Part shown: positions 27,675-36,660 of the stretch, in pieces
Position numbering within the stretch: position 1 is the first letter of the stretch
Layout: each line of letters opens with the position of its first letter
IMG/VR virus record: IMGVR_UViG_3300032285_001570
Span: 1-61,822 of that record
Length of the DNA: 61,822 nt
Strand: one strand, 5' to 3'
Origin: a virus
Taxonomy: Duplodnaviria > Caudoviricetes
Position numbers and translations under genes: made by a program
Notes under the pieces: generated by a model
The model's input: the letters and a program-made list of their open reading frames with translations, nothing else
Database searches by the model: none
Told to the model about the DNA's origin: nothing

Positions 27675-28541
27675 ACCCTCAGATGGTTTCAAGTCTTCAA
27701 AGTTGGGCGATCGAGTGTGTGGATTACTAAGCAAGGCTGGAGGCTGAGCTTCGCTCAGATTTGGGGGGTCGGCGGGTGGTGGGGTCGCGCTGTCAACGTT
27801 TTCCGCGTTTTCCTGAGCGTCAATGCATTGACTTTCAACATTGACATGCAACGTTACACGCTCTTGACTTTCAATGCTCGCGTCTGGTTGACTGTCAACA
27901 CTATGCTCGGTGCTTGTTGGCACGGTAACAGCGTCAATTGTTTCAGCGCCCCGCCGCCGCGCTAGCTCAGCAAGTAACGATGCGCCGCCGCTGTTGCCGG
28001 AGTCCGATTGGATCGCCTGCCGCAGGCTGTTGATCAACCGCTCGCGTGCAGTGCCTGCGCTTTCGGTTTTAATTATCTCGCGCCGTTCCGTAAACGCAGC
28101 GACCTCTGTAACCTTGCCGAGCAGTTCTAGCGCGCGTAACTGTTGCGCCGGCTTCACGTCAGGATTGAGCGCTGCTTGAGTAAGGCGATCTATTACTAAA
28201 GCCCTTAGAGCTTCGGGCGTTGCATGTTTTCTCGCTTCCATTGCCACTCTGAAAGCCTCTACCTGCGCCTGAACCGCGCCGATCGCTGCGACCTCTTGAC
28301 CGCGTCGGCTTTGTGTTTCCGGCTTGCCTTTGCTGTTATACGCTGCGCGATATGCTCCGGCTTTGCTTTCGCCCATTGCTAGCGCCTCTGCAAATTTGAC
28401 TTGTTTGTGAGTGAGTTTCTTTTCTTTGCTGTTACTCGCACCAAGCAATAGCGCTTCCATCGGGACGGCTTCTAGTCCCTCTGCTATCTGAGCCCTTGTT
28501 AGCTTTCGAACCTTGGGTATTTTTTGAGTATTGTTTTCCAT
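27666..28541 (-). CDS. terS: Terminase small subunit
   Basis: LTHKQVKFAE...G.S...AYRAAY HTH; LRALELLGK; upstream of terL. Confidence 0.75.
   Translation of the reverse strand: MENNTQKIPKVRKLTRAQIAEGLEAVPMEALLLGASNSKEKKLTHKQVKFAEALAMGESKAGAYRAAYNSKGKPETQSRRGQEVAAIGAVQAQVEAFRVAMEARKHATPEALRALVIDRLTQAALNPDVKPAQQLRALELLGKVTEVAAFTERREIIKTESAGTARERLINSLRQAIQSDSGNSGGASLLAELARRRGAETIDAVTVPTSTEHSVDSQPDASIESQERVTLHVNVESQCIDAQENAENVDSATPPPADPPNLSEAQPPALLSNPHTRSPNFEDLKPSEGQL
27828..27898. repeat. Four copies of an 11-bp TTGAC-NNN-CAA palindromic motif inside terS
   Basis: 27828 TTGACTTTCAA, 27841 TTGACATGCAA, 27864 TTGACTTTCAA, 27888 TTGACTGTCAA. Confidence 0.7.
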
Positions 28542-28705
28542 AGCGTCGGATGGTATCTGTACTCTATTAGATTGTCCACTCTCAACCTGTTGCGCTTCGC
28601 GCGTTAGCCTCGCGCCTGGCGATTTCCTGGCAGCATCGCGCCGCCTTTTTACCGCCCTTTTTCTGCCCTATTACCGCCGCCCCTGAATTCCACTATGCGA
28701 AACAA

Positions 28706-28730
28706 TTGACTTTCAACACTTGACTGTCAA
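28706..28730. promoter_or_regulatory. Two more copies of the 11-bp motif in the divergent terS/early promoter region
   Basis: 28706 TTGACTTTCAA and 28720 TTGACTGTCAA; each begins with a -35-like TTGACT. Confidence 0.65.
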
Positions 28731-28804
28731 CCGATTCGAGCCCACTATCGTTATAGCTACCTGCATGACCGTTGATTCATCTACTAACACCACGTGAGGA
28801 TCAT

Positions 28805-28993
28805 ATGAACAAAGCACAGAAACGCGACCTACTAACACTCTGCACGATGCATAAATTGGGCGGCTATGAGGTGAACATTGCACGCGGATTATCAGCGCTC
28901 ATTCGCTCTGCCATGTCCGAGAAAAGCAAAACGGAATTAATCGAATACGCCGAGATCCTGCAAGTGTCGAAGCACCCCGAATTCCGCATCTAA
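28805..28993 (+). CDS. Early hypothetical protein (start revised)
   Basis: GAGGA RBS before ATG 28805. Confidence 0.65.
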   Translation: MNKAQKRDLLTLCTMHKLGGYEVNIARGLSALIRSAMSEKSKTELIEYAEILQVSKHPEFRI

Positions 28994-29041
28994 AACCAAC
29001 CGCCGGAGCGATCCGGCTTTTCACCCTGAAAGGATAAGCCC

Positions 29042-29218
29042 TTGAAAACATCCACCGCCCTACTGTTCGCAACGCTCGCAGCGATCGCCACCTTCACCGC
29101 GACAGCAATTTTCACCGATGCCGGATATATCGCAGGGCATGCGCCCATCGCGCTGTCCGCTGTCGCGATGGTCACGCTCGCAGCGTGCGCCGTTTTGTCA
29201 AATCGTCTCGGAGATTAA
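29042..29218 (+). CDS. 58-aa two-TM membrane protein (missed by ORF track)
   Basis: AAGGA RBS, TTG start; MKTSTALLFATLAAIATFTATAIFTDAGYIAGHAPIALSAVAMVTLAACAVLSNRLGD. Confidence 0.6.
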   Translation: MKTSTALLFATLAAIATFTATAIFTDAGYIAGHAPIALSAVAMVTLAACAVLSNRLGD

Positions 29219-29276
29219 CCTGAAACACGACCGCCGCCGGTCGGATACCGGCTTCCTAACCTAATCGGAGAATCAA

Positions 29277-29567
29277 ATGGAAAACACTAAATACAACGGA
29301 TGGACAAACTACGCGACATGGCGCGTCAATCTTGAGATTTTTGACGGTTTTGACCCTAATGAGTATTACAGTGCTTTTTGCCCTAATCACGTTTCAGACC
29401 TTGCAGACGGATTGAAGCAATATGCAGAAGAAGTGATTTTTGACTGTGCAGATATTCCAAGCGGCTTGGCAAAAGACTACGCTCTTGCTTTTCTGTCTGA
29501 CGTTAACTGGCACGAAATTGCGGAGCACATAATTGCAGACTGTGCCGAGGAAGCCGAGGCCGCCTAA
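29277..29567 (+). CDS. Early conserved phage protein
   Basis: YNGWTNYATWRVNLE...VNWHEIA; GGAG RBS. Confidence 0.75.
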   Translation: MENTKYNGWTNYATWRVNLEIFDGFDPNEYYSAFCPNHVSDLADGLKQYAEEVIFDCADIPSGLAKDYALAFLSDVNWHEIAEHIIADCAEEAEAA

Positions 29568-29622
29568 TCTAACCAAACCCTGCCGGAGGGTATCCGGCAT
29601 CCCTAACCTTGGAGTGAACACC

Positions 29623-29832
29623 ATGCGATTTTTAGTCTATATCGAAGCCGGCTCAATCGATGCAATTGATAACGCACTGGGATCGGCTGTTGATTCTAAC
29701 GACATCGACAAGTACGCGACGCTAACGATTGACGGCGAACAGCTGCTATACGAACGCGGCTCTGATTCTGCATCCGACAACCTAAACGCTATGGCTGCAG
29801 CCTGCGAAGGCATTACTGAATTCGGGGGCTAG
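29623..29832 (+). CDS. Early acidic hypothetical protein (start revised)
   Basis: GGAG RBS before ATG 29623. Confidence 0.65.
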   Translation: MRFLVYIEAGSIDAIDNALGSAVDSNDIDKYATLTIDGEQLLYERGSDSASDNLNAMAAACEGITEFGG

Positions 29833-29834
29833 CG

Positions 29835-30065
29835 ATGATCCGCGCCGAGCTTATTACGCAGAATTTTAATTTTGAGGCATACGGTCAAACCACGTCCCAC
29901 GCCCTCAATGCCCTAAAACGTGGGTTCGCGGTGCATGCCGAGCAGTATTCGCTGCCTGCGGATTGGTGGCGGGCGCACGAGCAAAACATTGCGCTTCGCT
30001 ACATTAAATTAAACCAAGCATATCGAGACGCTGAACCATTAATCAAACGAAAGGGTATCGAATGA
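29835..30065 (+). CDS. Early hypothetical protein
   Basis: Tightly packed plus-strand operon. Confidence 0.6.
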   Translation: MIRAELITQNFNFEAYGQTTSHALNALKRGFAVHAEQYSLPADWWRAHEQNIALRYIKLNQAYRDAEPLIKRKGIE

Positions 30066-30463
30066 AATTAACGTATATCACCAAAGCGGAAACCGTTTCC
30101 ACTGGCGGCAATTGCATGGTCGACGTGCTGCATCTCAACGACGGACGCGCGCTCATACTGAACGACGAAATGCTGACACTGTACACATCGTTCGACGAAT
30201 TCATGGAACACGGCAGCGAAGATGGTTTGCTCGACTTAATGCCAATTTACCCGCATCCGGCGCGCAGTGAAAACCGCAAATATTTAGCGCACTGGGGCGA
30301 AGGGTTCGGCAAGCCACACATGGAAAACGTCGACCTGTCATTCTTTGGCGACGGCAATGGATACGAAACAGAACAGATTGCCCAAGTGCTGAAACTAAAA
30401 CTCGGCGAGACTGCCGACCTGTCAGACTTAAGCGGCACGCATACCGTGCTTCGCATAGCGTGA
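30062..30463 (+). CDS. Early hypothetical protein
   Basis: ATGA coupling; TGGNCMV motif. Confidence 0.6.
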   Translation: MKLTYITKAETVSTGGNCMVDVLHLNDGRALILNDEMLTLYTSFDEFMEHGSEDGLLDLMPIYPHPARSENRKYLAHWGEGFGKPHMENVDLSFFGDGNGYETEQIAQVLKLKLGETADLSDLSGTHTVLRIA

Positions 30464-30473
30464 AAGGCACACG

Positions 30474-31163
30474 ATGAGAGCACACCTTACACTTAAAAGC
30501 AGCAATGCCAAAACTGGCGCGATACCTGTATCGACCACTTCGCGCACATCATGCCCGACCGCGTGCCCTTTTAAGCGCGCCGGATGCTATGCCGACGACT
30601 ACCACCTGTCGATGCACTGGGACAAAGTAACGGCAGGCGAGCGCGGCGCGTCGTGGGCGCAATTTTGCGCCAGTATTGCATCGCTGCCGGACGGCACACT
30701 GTGGCGACACAATCAAGCAGGCGATCTACCGCACACCAACCAGGCGATCGACCAAACAAAACTGCGCGACCTTGTCGCCGCTAATCACGGCAAGCGCGGA
30801 TTCACTTACACGCACCACACGCTCACACCCCACAATCTAGACTCACTTTTTGAGGCGGCGTGCGGCGGCTTTACGGTCAACCTATCAGCGGACAATCTCG
30901 CGGATGCAGACCGCAAAGCGGCAACTGGCTTGCCTGTCACTGTCGTGCTGCCGACCGAGCAACGCGCAAACACGCTCACGCCACACGGTCGCAAGGTGGT
31001 GGTGTGTCCGGCGATCGTACGCAACGAAGTGACGTGCGCGACGTGTCAACTATGCGCTCGCGGCGATCGCGATGTAATTATCGGTTTTCCCGCGCATGGA
31101 TCACGCGCAAAACGCGCGGATGCTGTTGCACGCCGGACGATCCCGATCAAGGTCGCGGCATGA
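30474..31163 (+). CDS. Cys-rich Gp88-like / radical-SAM-like early protein
   Basis: SCPTACPFKRAGCYA, RHNQAGD, FTYTH, CPA...CATCQLC...FPAHG. Confidence 0.6.
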   Translation: MRAHLTLKSSNAKTGAIPVSTTSRTSCPTACPFKRAGCYADDYHLSMHWDKVTAGERGASWAQFCASIASLPDGTLWRHNQAGDLPHTNQAIDQTKLRDLVAANHGKRGFTYTHHTLTPHNLDSLFEAACGGFTVNLSADNLADADRKAATGLPVTVVLPTEQRANTLTPHGRKVVVCPAIVRNEVTCATCQLCARGDRDVIIGFPAHGSRAKRADAVARRTIPIKVAA

Positions 31164-31351
31164 TTTATCAATTCAAACCACTGCGACGCGACGCGCACCT
31201 ACTGGACGCAACACGGGCACAAGGCGCAATTTCGTACGGCACACGGCTGCGCGTTGTCACTGGCTCGCGCGTCGGCGATACGGTTGAAGTAAAAGATTTG
31301 CAGGGCTCGCTGCGCGTCCGCGTGGCGATTAATTCACTGGAAAGGGTATGA
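31160..31351 (+). CDS. Early hypothetical protein (start revised)
   Basis: ATGA coupling with previous gene. Confidence 0.55.
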   Translation: MIYQFKPLRRDAHLLDATRAQGAISYGTRLRVVTGSRVGDTVEVKDLQGSLRVRVAINSLERV

Positions 31352-31352
31352 C

Positions 31353-31547
31353 ATGAAAACAAAAAACGCCATCAAAAAATACGCTCACGGGCTCGCGGAG
31401 GCGCACTTTTATTCTGATGATAATGTGCCGTGGCAACCATTTGAAGACCAAAACGAGGAATGGCTGCACGAGCACGTCGAATATCTAGCGCACGCGGTCG
31501 AGCGCGCTATGTTATGGGCACGGGGCGATGATGAATTACCGAGTTGA
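31353..31547 (+). CDS. Early hypothetical protein
   Basis: Operon packing. Confidence 0.55.
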   Translation: MKTKNAIKKYAHGLAEAHFYSDDNVPWQPFEDQNEEWLHEHVEYLAHAVERAMLWARGDDELPS

Positions 31548-31707
31548 AGCTCCAAAACGCAAGACGTTCACAGAATCATTCGCTGACAGGCAAAGCGCGG
31601 AGGCGTACGCCGCTGCGCTTTTCTATGCGCTAAAAATCGACACGCGAATCATCCACAACACACCAGCAAAACCATTACCAGCAGCACCATTTTGAAAGGG
31701 GCATGAA

Positions 31708-31893
31708 ATGTCAAAAGCAAAAGATCCGCACGCGCTCGTGTGGGAAACGGTAGACGCTAAACGCATCCTGAAACGGGTCGAGCACCTACTGGAACAGGCA
31801 GAGCAAAACCTGGAAGGCGACAATTTCGATCGCGATTTCGTGCTGGGATGCGTCAGCGCGGCGCACTCACTCGCAGCAGGTCGCACAAAATGA
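31708..31893 (+). CDS. Early hypothetical protein
   Basis: AAGGGG RBS. Confidence 0.55.
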   Translation: MSKAKDPHALVWETVDAKRILKRVEHLLEQAEQNLEGDNFDRDFVLGCVSAAHSLAAGRTK

Positions 31894-32001
31894 CGGGCAA
31901 AATCGCAGGCTGGCTGGCAGATGGGGCGATCGCAATCACGACGTTGCTTGTGATGTGGTTGCTCGTGTGCGTAGTTTTTTCAATTCAATAAAGGGGACAG
32001 C

Positions 32002-32217
32002 ATGAAACCACAAGATATGCAAGAACTGAGCGACAAGGTCACAGCAATGCTGGGACATTTCAAATCAAAAGATGCAGTCACGTTTTTAAGTTTTTACATT
32101 GCGTACGTCTGTCAGCTATGCGGTCATTCTAAAGAAGTGGCAATCAATTTTGTCGCTAGCCGGATGGCAAGTGTGTACGACGAGGACGCACCACCACCCA
32201 AAGAAAAGCAGAACTAA
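32002..32217 (+). CDS. Early hypothetical protein
   Basis: AGGGGA RBS. Confidence 0.55.
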   Translation: MKPQDMQELSDKVTAMLGHFKSKDAVTFLSFYIAYVCQLCGHSKEVAINFVASRMASVYDEDAPPPKEKQN

Positions 32218-32218
32218 A

Positions 32219-32518
32219 ATGAAAAAATTAACGAAAGAGAAAATCGCAGTCCAGACCAAAGACCCTGAGCGTCCAATTATCCTGATCGACTGGCCGGAAC
32301 GCGCCCAGCTTGTCGATATGTATGGCTCACGGGTAAAGGGCGAAAAATTAGACGTCTATTGGAATATGATGATCATGCGCCGAGACGGGGAAACGCTCGA
32401 CACCATAGGACGGTTCTACGGTGTTAGCAAAGAGCGCGTGCGGCAGATTGAGCACGGATTTATCCGGCGGTGTGGGCAGTTTTATCAACGTACAATGACT
32501 GCTTCAAAACTTGGCTAG
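32219..32518 (+). CDS. Sigma-70 region-4-like HTH protein (start revised)
   Basis: ETLDTIGRFYGVSKERVRQIE. Confidence 0.7.
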   Translation: MKKLTKEKIAVQTKDPERPIILIDWPERAQLVDMYGSRVKGEKLDVYWNMMIMRRDGETLDTIGRFYGVSKERVRQIEHGFIRRCGQFYQRTMTASKLG

Positions 32519-33299
32519 CGCGGAAGAGGCCGACCCTGACATGGTAATCGTTGAAGTCTTCGCCCACGGTGTCACTCATCCAATACGGTTTACCTGTGTT
32601 CAGGGCGGCCTGTTTACCGACGCCGTTCGCATCATGGTCGGCGACGATGATCCCGCCGCCGATCTGCCTCGCTACGAACTCCATGTTGCTAGCACTAAAG
32701 CAGACGTGGATTGTGTAGCGAACTTTCATCGCACGCATAACCGCACGAATACTGAGTCCGGTGGCGTAACCCTCGCAGAATATTGGCAGTCCCTTGGCTT
32801 GGATGACATAACTTGCCCCCTTGGAGGATTGACCATAGAGGAACTTCTTGTTCCCTTGTTCATCGATGAGCTGACATCCGACAAGCCGGCCAGCACTACG
32901 CATCGGCACAACTAAGATTCTCTGACCGTCCTTGTGCCATACGTTACCTGCTTCATCTTTGAATCCCTTGCGCTCAAGGTACGGGTGCGTGTCTAGCGTG
33001 GTTTGATGCAGGATCCAAGCAGCTTTATCTGCCGCAGCCTTAGCTGCAGCCTGTCGCTCACGGTCAGCATGCCGCATCTGCTCTCGTGATATGGACGGGC
33101 GAGCGTTGGGGTCGTTGGTTTTCCACATGCTGGGGTTCTGCATCGTTGCCCAGTTTTGCACCCAACCAACATTGCCTAGAAACTTATAGCGCCCATTGCG
33201 TTTGCGCGGATGGTCTTCTGTTGGCGTTGCCACCCAACGGTTGGGTATGACATGGTCAACGATCAATCCATGCGAACGGGCGAAATCTTCAAAGGTCAT
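32460..33299 (-). CDS. TOPRIM-domain primase (P4 alpha/TraC-like)
   Basis: HPYLERKG, LVVPM, CEGYATGLS, VADHD, G.DFND. Confidence 0.8.
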   Translation of the reverse strand: MTFEDFARSHGLIVDHVIPNRWVATPTEDHPRKRNGRYKFLGNVGWVQNWATMQNPSMWKTNDPNARPSISREQMRHADRERQAAAKAAADKAAWILHQTTLDTHPYLERKGFKDEAGNVWHKDGQRILVVPMRSAGRLVGCQLIDEQGNKKFLYGQSSKGASYVIQAKGLPIFCEGYATGLSIRAVMRAMKVRYTIHVCFSASNMEFVARQIGGGIIVADHDANGVGKQAALNTGKPYWMSDTVGEDFNDYHVRVGLFRASQVLKQSLYVDKTAHTAG

Positions 33300-33462
33300 C
33301 GTTCAATCCTTTCGTTGATCCATTCTGCCTGACCACGGCGCGGATCATCCAGGTAGTCATCGAGTGCTGTGCGTCCATAGTCCACAGCGATTGTGTCGTC
33401 ACCCTCACACTGGCCGCTGTTGGGACGGTGTGGGAACAAGTAAGCCTTGCAGTGACAGGGCT

Positions 33463-34959
33463 TCATGGGTATGTCAACGTGGCACGGTTGCGTGCCTTCG
33501 CCCATGCAATGTTGCGTGACTTGATCCAGCGCGCGGTCTTGGAACTCACCTCACTCGCAGGCGCTTCTGACAGGCCGCGTGGCCATGCCCCAAACTTCTC
33601 TCTGTACTTGTGCGCCGCCCACTTCGGGTTGTAATCGCGCTCGCTTGCGTACCGTAAGAGCTCGCTGTAGAAACCCTGACGCTCGTCGGCCTTGGATCGC
33701 AAACCACTGGTTAACTCTTGCAGCTCGCCGGCCACCGACTCAACGCGGCTCTTCTTCTGCCGGACGTGTCCACACACGGTGCATACATCGGATTTTTTAG
33801 GCCACAGATGACCGCATGACGGGCACTTGGATTCTTTTTTCTCGATCTCAGACGGCTCCTTCTTGGCCTTCTCGCCTTGATCGTTCAGCTCACGCACACC
33901 ATCAACGTACAACTGATCCCAGTCATCACGAAAGCGCAAGTAATTGCCGCTGTGATCTAGCCACAAGGCAAACTCTTTCCCCTCACACGGGCGCATGATC
34001 CTGCCCATCTGCTGCACATGGCTCGATAGGGATTTGGAAAATGGACGGGCACTCACACCGATCATCACATCCGGCACGTCGAACCCGCGAGTCAGAATGT
34101 CTGTTGCTATCAGACCGTGGATCTCGGTATCAGGACGTGCAAAATCCTCGATCGCTGCACGCTTAAACTCGTCGTTGTCCTTGTAGCTGATGCTAACAAA
34201 GTTATAACCCTGCTCGGCAAACTGCTGCACAAGGTCTGCGCCATGCGCCACACCGGCACAGAACACGATTGTCTTGCGCGGTCTGCCAAAGATCTCGTGG
34301 GTTTTCTTGATCCATTCCTGCACGATGTCGCCAGTGATCTGCATGCCTCGCTGTGTAGCGATGTCCTGCGACCACTCTCCGGCCACCTTCTTCGCGCCGG
34401 TCATGTCGATTTCCTTGGCGATATAGACACGCAACGGGGTTAGCCAATGGTTGTCTACCAACCAACCGTTTGTAGCGCCGCATACGACGCTCTGATAAAC
34501 GCTAGCGAGCCCTTTGGTAAACGGTGTGGCAGTGAGCCCGATCACCTTGATGTCAGGGTTCGCCTTGATGAACTCGACTGTTTGCTTGCGCGCGATGTGG
34601 CACTCGTCAACGATCAGCAGATCCACCTTCGGCATGTCTTCGCGGCTCTCCAGCGTCTGCGCTGAACAGACCTGCAAGCGTGCGTGTGGATTGAACTTCC
34701 AGTGATCGGCCTGGTAGACACCGTGCTCGATGCCGTATTTGGTGAGGCGCAGACTGGTTTGATCTACTAGAACCAGTCTGTCAAGCACGATGGCTGCGCG
34801 CTTTTGGTTTTGCTCGGTGGCCTGCATCAAGTAAATCGCCACCTCTGTTTTACCGAATCCAGTAGGGGCGTACAGTAACTGACTGTTGTGACCCTGCCTA
34901 AATCCATCCCTCAGAGCATCGATGACGCGCATCTGATGCTCACGCAACTGTAGCTGCAT
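33463..34959 (-). CDS. Superfamily II DNA helicase with Zn ribbon
   Basis: APTGFGKT, IVDECH, GLTATP, RGFDVP, QQMGRIMR; CPSC/CTVC. Confidence 0.9.
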   Translation of the reverse strand: MQLQLREHQMRVIDALRDGFRQGHNSQLLYAPTGFGKTEVAIYLMQATEQNQKRAAIVLDRLVLVDQTSLRLTKYGIEHGVYQADHWKFNPHARLQVCSAQTLESREDMPKVDLLIVDECHIARKQTVEFIKANPDIKVIGLTATPFTKGLASVYQSVVCGATNGWLVDNHWLTPLRVYIAKEIDMTGAKKVAGEWSQDIATQRGMQITGDIVQEWIKKTHEIFGRPRKTIVFCAGVAHGADLVQQFAEQGYNFVSISYKDNDEFKRAAIEDFARPDTEIHGLIATDILTRGFDVPDVMIGVSARPFSKSLSSHVQQMGRIMRPCEGKEFALWLDHSGNYLRFRDDWDQLYVDGVRELNDQGEKAKKEPSEIEKKESKCPSCGHLWPKKSDVCTVCGHVRQKKSRVESVAGELQELTSGLRSKADERQGFYSELLRYASERDYNPKWAAHKYREKFGAWPRGLSEAPASEVSSKTARWIKSRNIAWAKARNRATLTYP

Positions 34960-35012
34960 GACCTTCTCCTATCGTCCGAGATCCGCTCGGTGTCGGCTGG
35001 GCTAACGCCCGT

Positions 35013-35879
35013 TTACTTTTCGTATTTCTTTAGCTTCGCTTGCAGCGTTTTAACCAACTTCATCAACTCTGCATTGCGAGATTGAAACATATCGCGGCTG
35101 TCCCTCAAAGCCTTGTTGTCAATTTCCAAGACGCGGACGTGTTCGCGCAACTGATCCACGACTTCCTGAATATCAATCTTCTCGATTTCACTAGCGTCCC
35201 ACTGACCGATCGCAATTTTATCCCGCAGTAGTTTGTTCTCTCTATCCAACTCGTTGATTGTTTCCACCAGCTCTTCGACTTTGTCATCGTAACCACCTTC
35301 TTCTGGCGCAGCGGATGATGGCTCCTCGATGGTCTGTGACTCTGCGTTCTTTTGCTTTGACTCTGTATTTTTCTTCTTGCCAATGTTCTTTGTTTCCATC
35401 TGAACTTCTTGGCCGTTCTTGCTGTATGTGCGCTTGGTTTCTGCCTGCGGTTCTAGCGCCTTCTTGATGCGACCGACGGTCATCATCGAGACACCAACGT
35501 GGCGAGCAATCTCAGCGTTGCTCCACTTACTCCACTTCGGATGCTTCAGCATTCTGTCAACGATGTTTCTTTTGTCTGCTGCTGATAGCGAAAGACCGCG
35601 TCGTCCGTTGGCTGCATAGGCAAACAGAATCGCATCGTCTTGCGATCCCTCTCGCACCTCTGCTGCAATGTTTTTCTTGCCGATGTCTTTGGTGGCGAAG
35701 TAACGGTGGAACCCGTCAGCCAACCAGTGTGTAGCGCCATCGTAGAACACAACGATGGGAGGGAACTCGTCCCCATCCTGCATGTGCTCGGCGTACTCTG
35801 CAACTACCTCGTAGTCCACAGCCAAGCGAGCCTGCGTACCACCATCAATACGGATGTGATCAAGTCCTAACATTTTCAT
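35013..35879 (-). CDS. ParB/Srx-like protein with HTH and coiled coil
   Basis: FPPIVVF...LADGFHRY; WSNAEIARHVGVS..TV. Confidence 0.75.
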   Translation of the reverse strand: MKMLGLDHIRIDGGTQARLAVDYEVVAEYAEHMQDGDEFPPIVVFYDGATHWLADGFHRYFATKDIGKKNIAAEVREGSQDDAILFAYAANGRRGLSLSAADKRNIVDRMLKHPKWSKWSNAEIARHVGVSMMTVGRIKKALEPQAETKRTYSKNGQEVQMETKNIGKKKNTESKQKNAESQTIEEPSSAAPEEGGYDDKVEELVETINELDRENKLLRDKIAIGQWDASEIEKIDIQEVVDQLREHVRVLEIDNKALRDSRDMFQSRNAELMKLVKTLQAKLKKYEK

Positions 35880-35899
35880 TTTTATCTCCTAGCAAGTTA

Positions 35900-35928
35900 A
35901 GTCTAAATTTATTTTGTACCCATTGCAA
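35900..35928 (-). promoter_or_regulatory. Sigma-70 promoter for parB-helicase-primase operon
   Basis: TTGCAA-17nt-TAGACT. Confidence 0.55.
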
Positions 35929-36660
35929 TCAATCATTGTTGTCCCGTAAGTATTCTCCATGCTGTTGCTGCCACTGCTGGTACTTGTCCGTTTCCAATGG
36001 CTTTAGTCCTGTCCACCCTTGCGGCCACCCCATCATGTACTCCAGTACCGCGACTGGTGGGTACTGCCAGTTGCCGTTGTACGAGAAGTAACTCTTCAAG
36101 TCGTTCCTTTCTCCACGGCCTGCTGCCTTCATCCCCTCTAGACTGCGGCCTCCCTTGTAATCCGAAACCATCGGCGTCGGCAACGATCCAGATTCTTTTT
36201 CTTTTGTGTGGGGCGCCAACGTCGTCTGCTCCCAGCACTCCCCATCGCGCATCAAACCCCATTTCGGCCAAGTCTCCAAGGACTGTTCCGAGTCCCCGAG
36301 TAACGAGCATTGGGGAGTTTTCCAAGAAGACGTATCGCGGTCGTACTTCGCGAATGACGCGCGCCATTTGTCCCCACATTCCACTGCGCTCTCCTTTGAT
36401 GCCGGCTCCTTTACCGATGACGCTGATGTCTTGGCAGGGAAACCCTCCAGATACAACGTCAACAATTCCTCGCCACGGTCTGCCATCAAAGGTTTGCACG
36501 TCATCCCATACTGGGAAAGGCGGGAGAACGCCTTCATTTTGTCGGGCGATAAGTACGCTTGCTGGGTATGGTTCCCACTCGACAGCGCACACTGTTCTCC
36601 ATCCGAGGAGATGCCCTCCGAGTATGCCTCCACCAGCGCCTGCGAAAAGAGCCAGCTCAT
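35929..36660 (-). CDS. C5-MTase beta subunit (TRD/motif IX) in alternative frame
   Basis: 243-codon frame open across alpha; LPTP.VSDYKG and LEYMMGWPQGWT (motif IX-like). Confidence 0.7.
   Translation of the reverse strand: MSWLFSQALVEAYSEGISSDGEQCALSSGNHTQQAYLSPDKMKAFSRLSQYGMTCKPLMADRGEELLTLYLEGFPAKTSASSVKEPASKESAVECGDKWRASFAKYDRDTSSWKTPQCSLLGDSEQSLETWPKWGLMRDGECWEQTTLAPHTKEKESGSLPTPMVSDYKGGRSLEGMKAAGRGERNDLKSYFSYNGNWQYPPVAVLEYMMGWPQGWTGLKPLETDKYQQWQQQHGEYLRDNND

Larger units (their letters stand above)
29002..29599 (+). repeat. Three intergenic GCCGGW-loop-WCCGGC hairpins (29002, 29236, 29581)
   Basis: Each lies between a stop codon and the next RBS; compensatory A-T/T-A pair. Confidence 0.7.

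Noticed and set aside
28550-28575. Possible LexA/SOS box upstream of terS
   Set aside because: CTGT is present but the matching ACAG half-site at N8 spacing is not
28994-29622. Early hairpin repeats as mini-CRISPR or attC array
   Set aside because: Spacers are whole genes, repeats are short and degenerate, and there is no integrase or attC core
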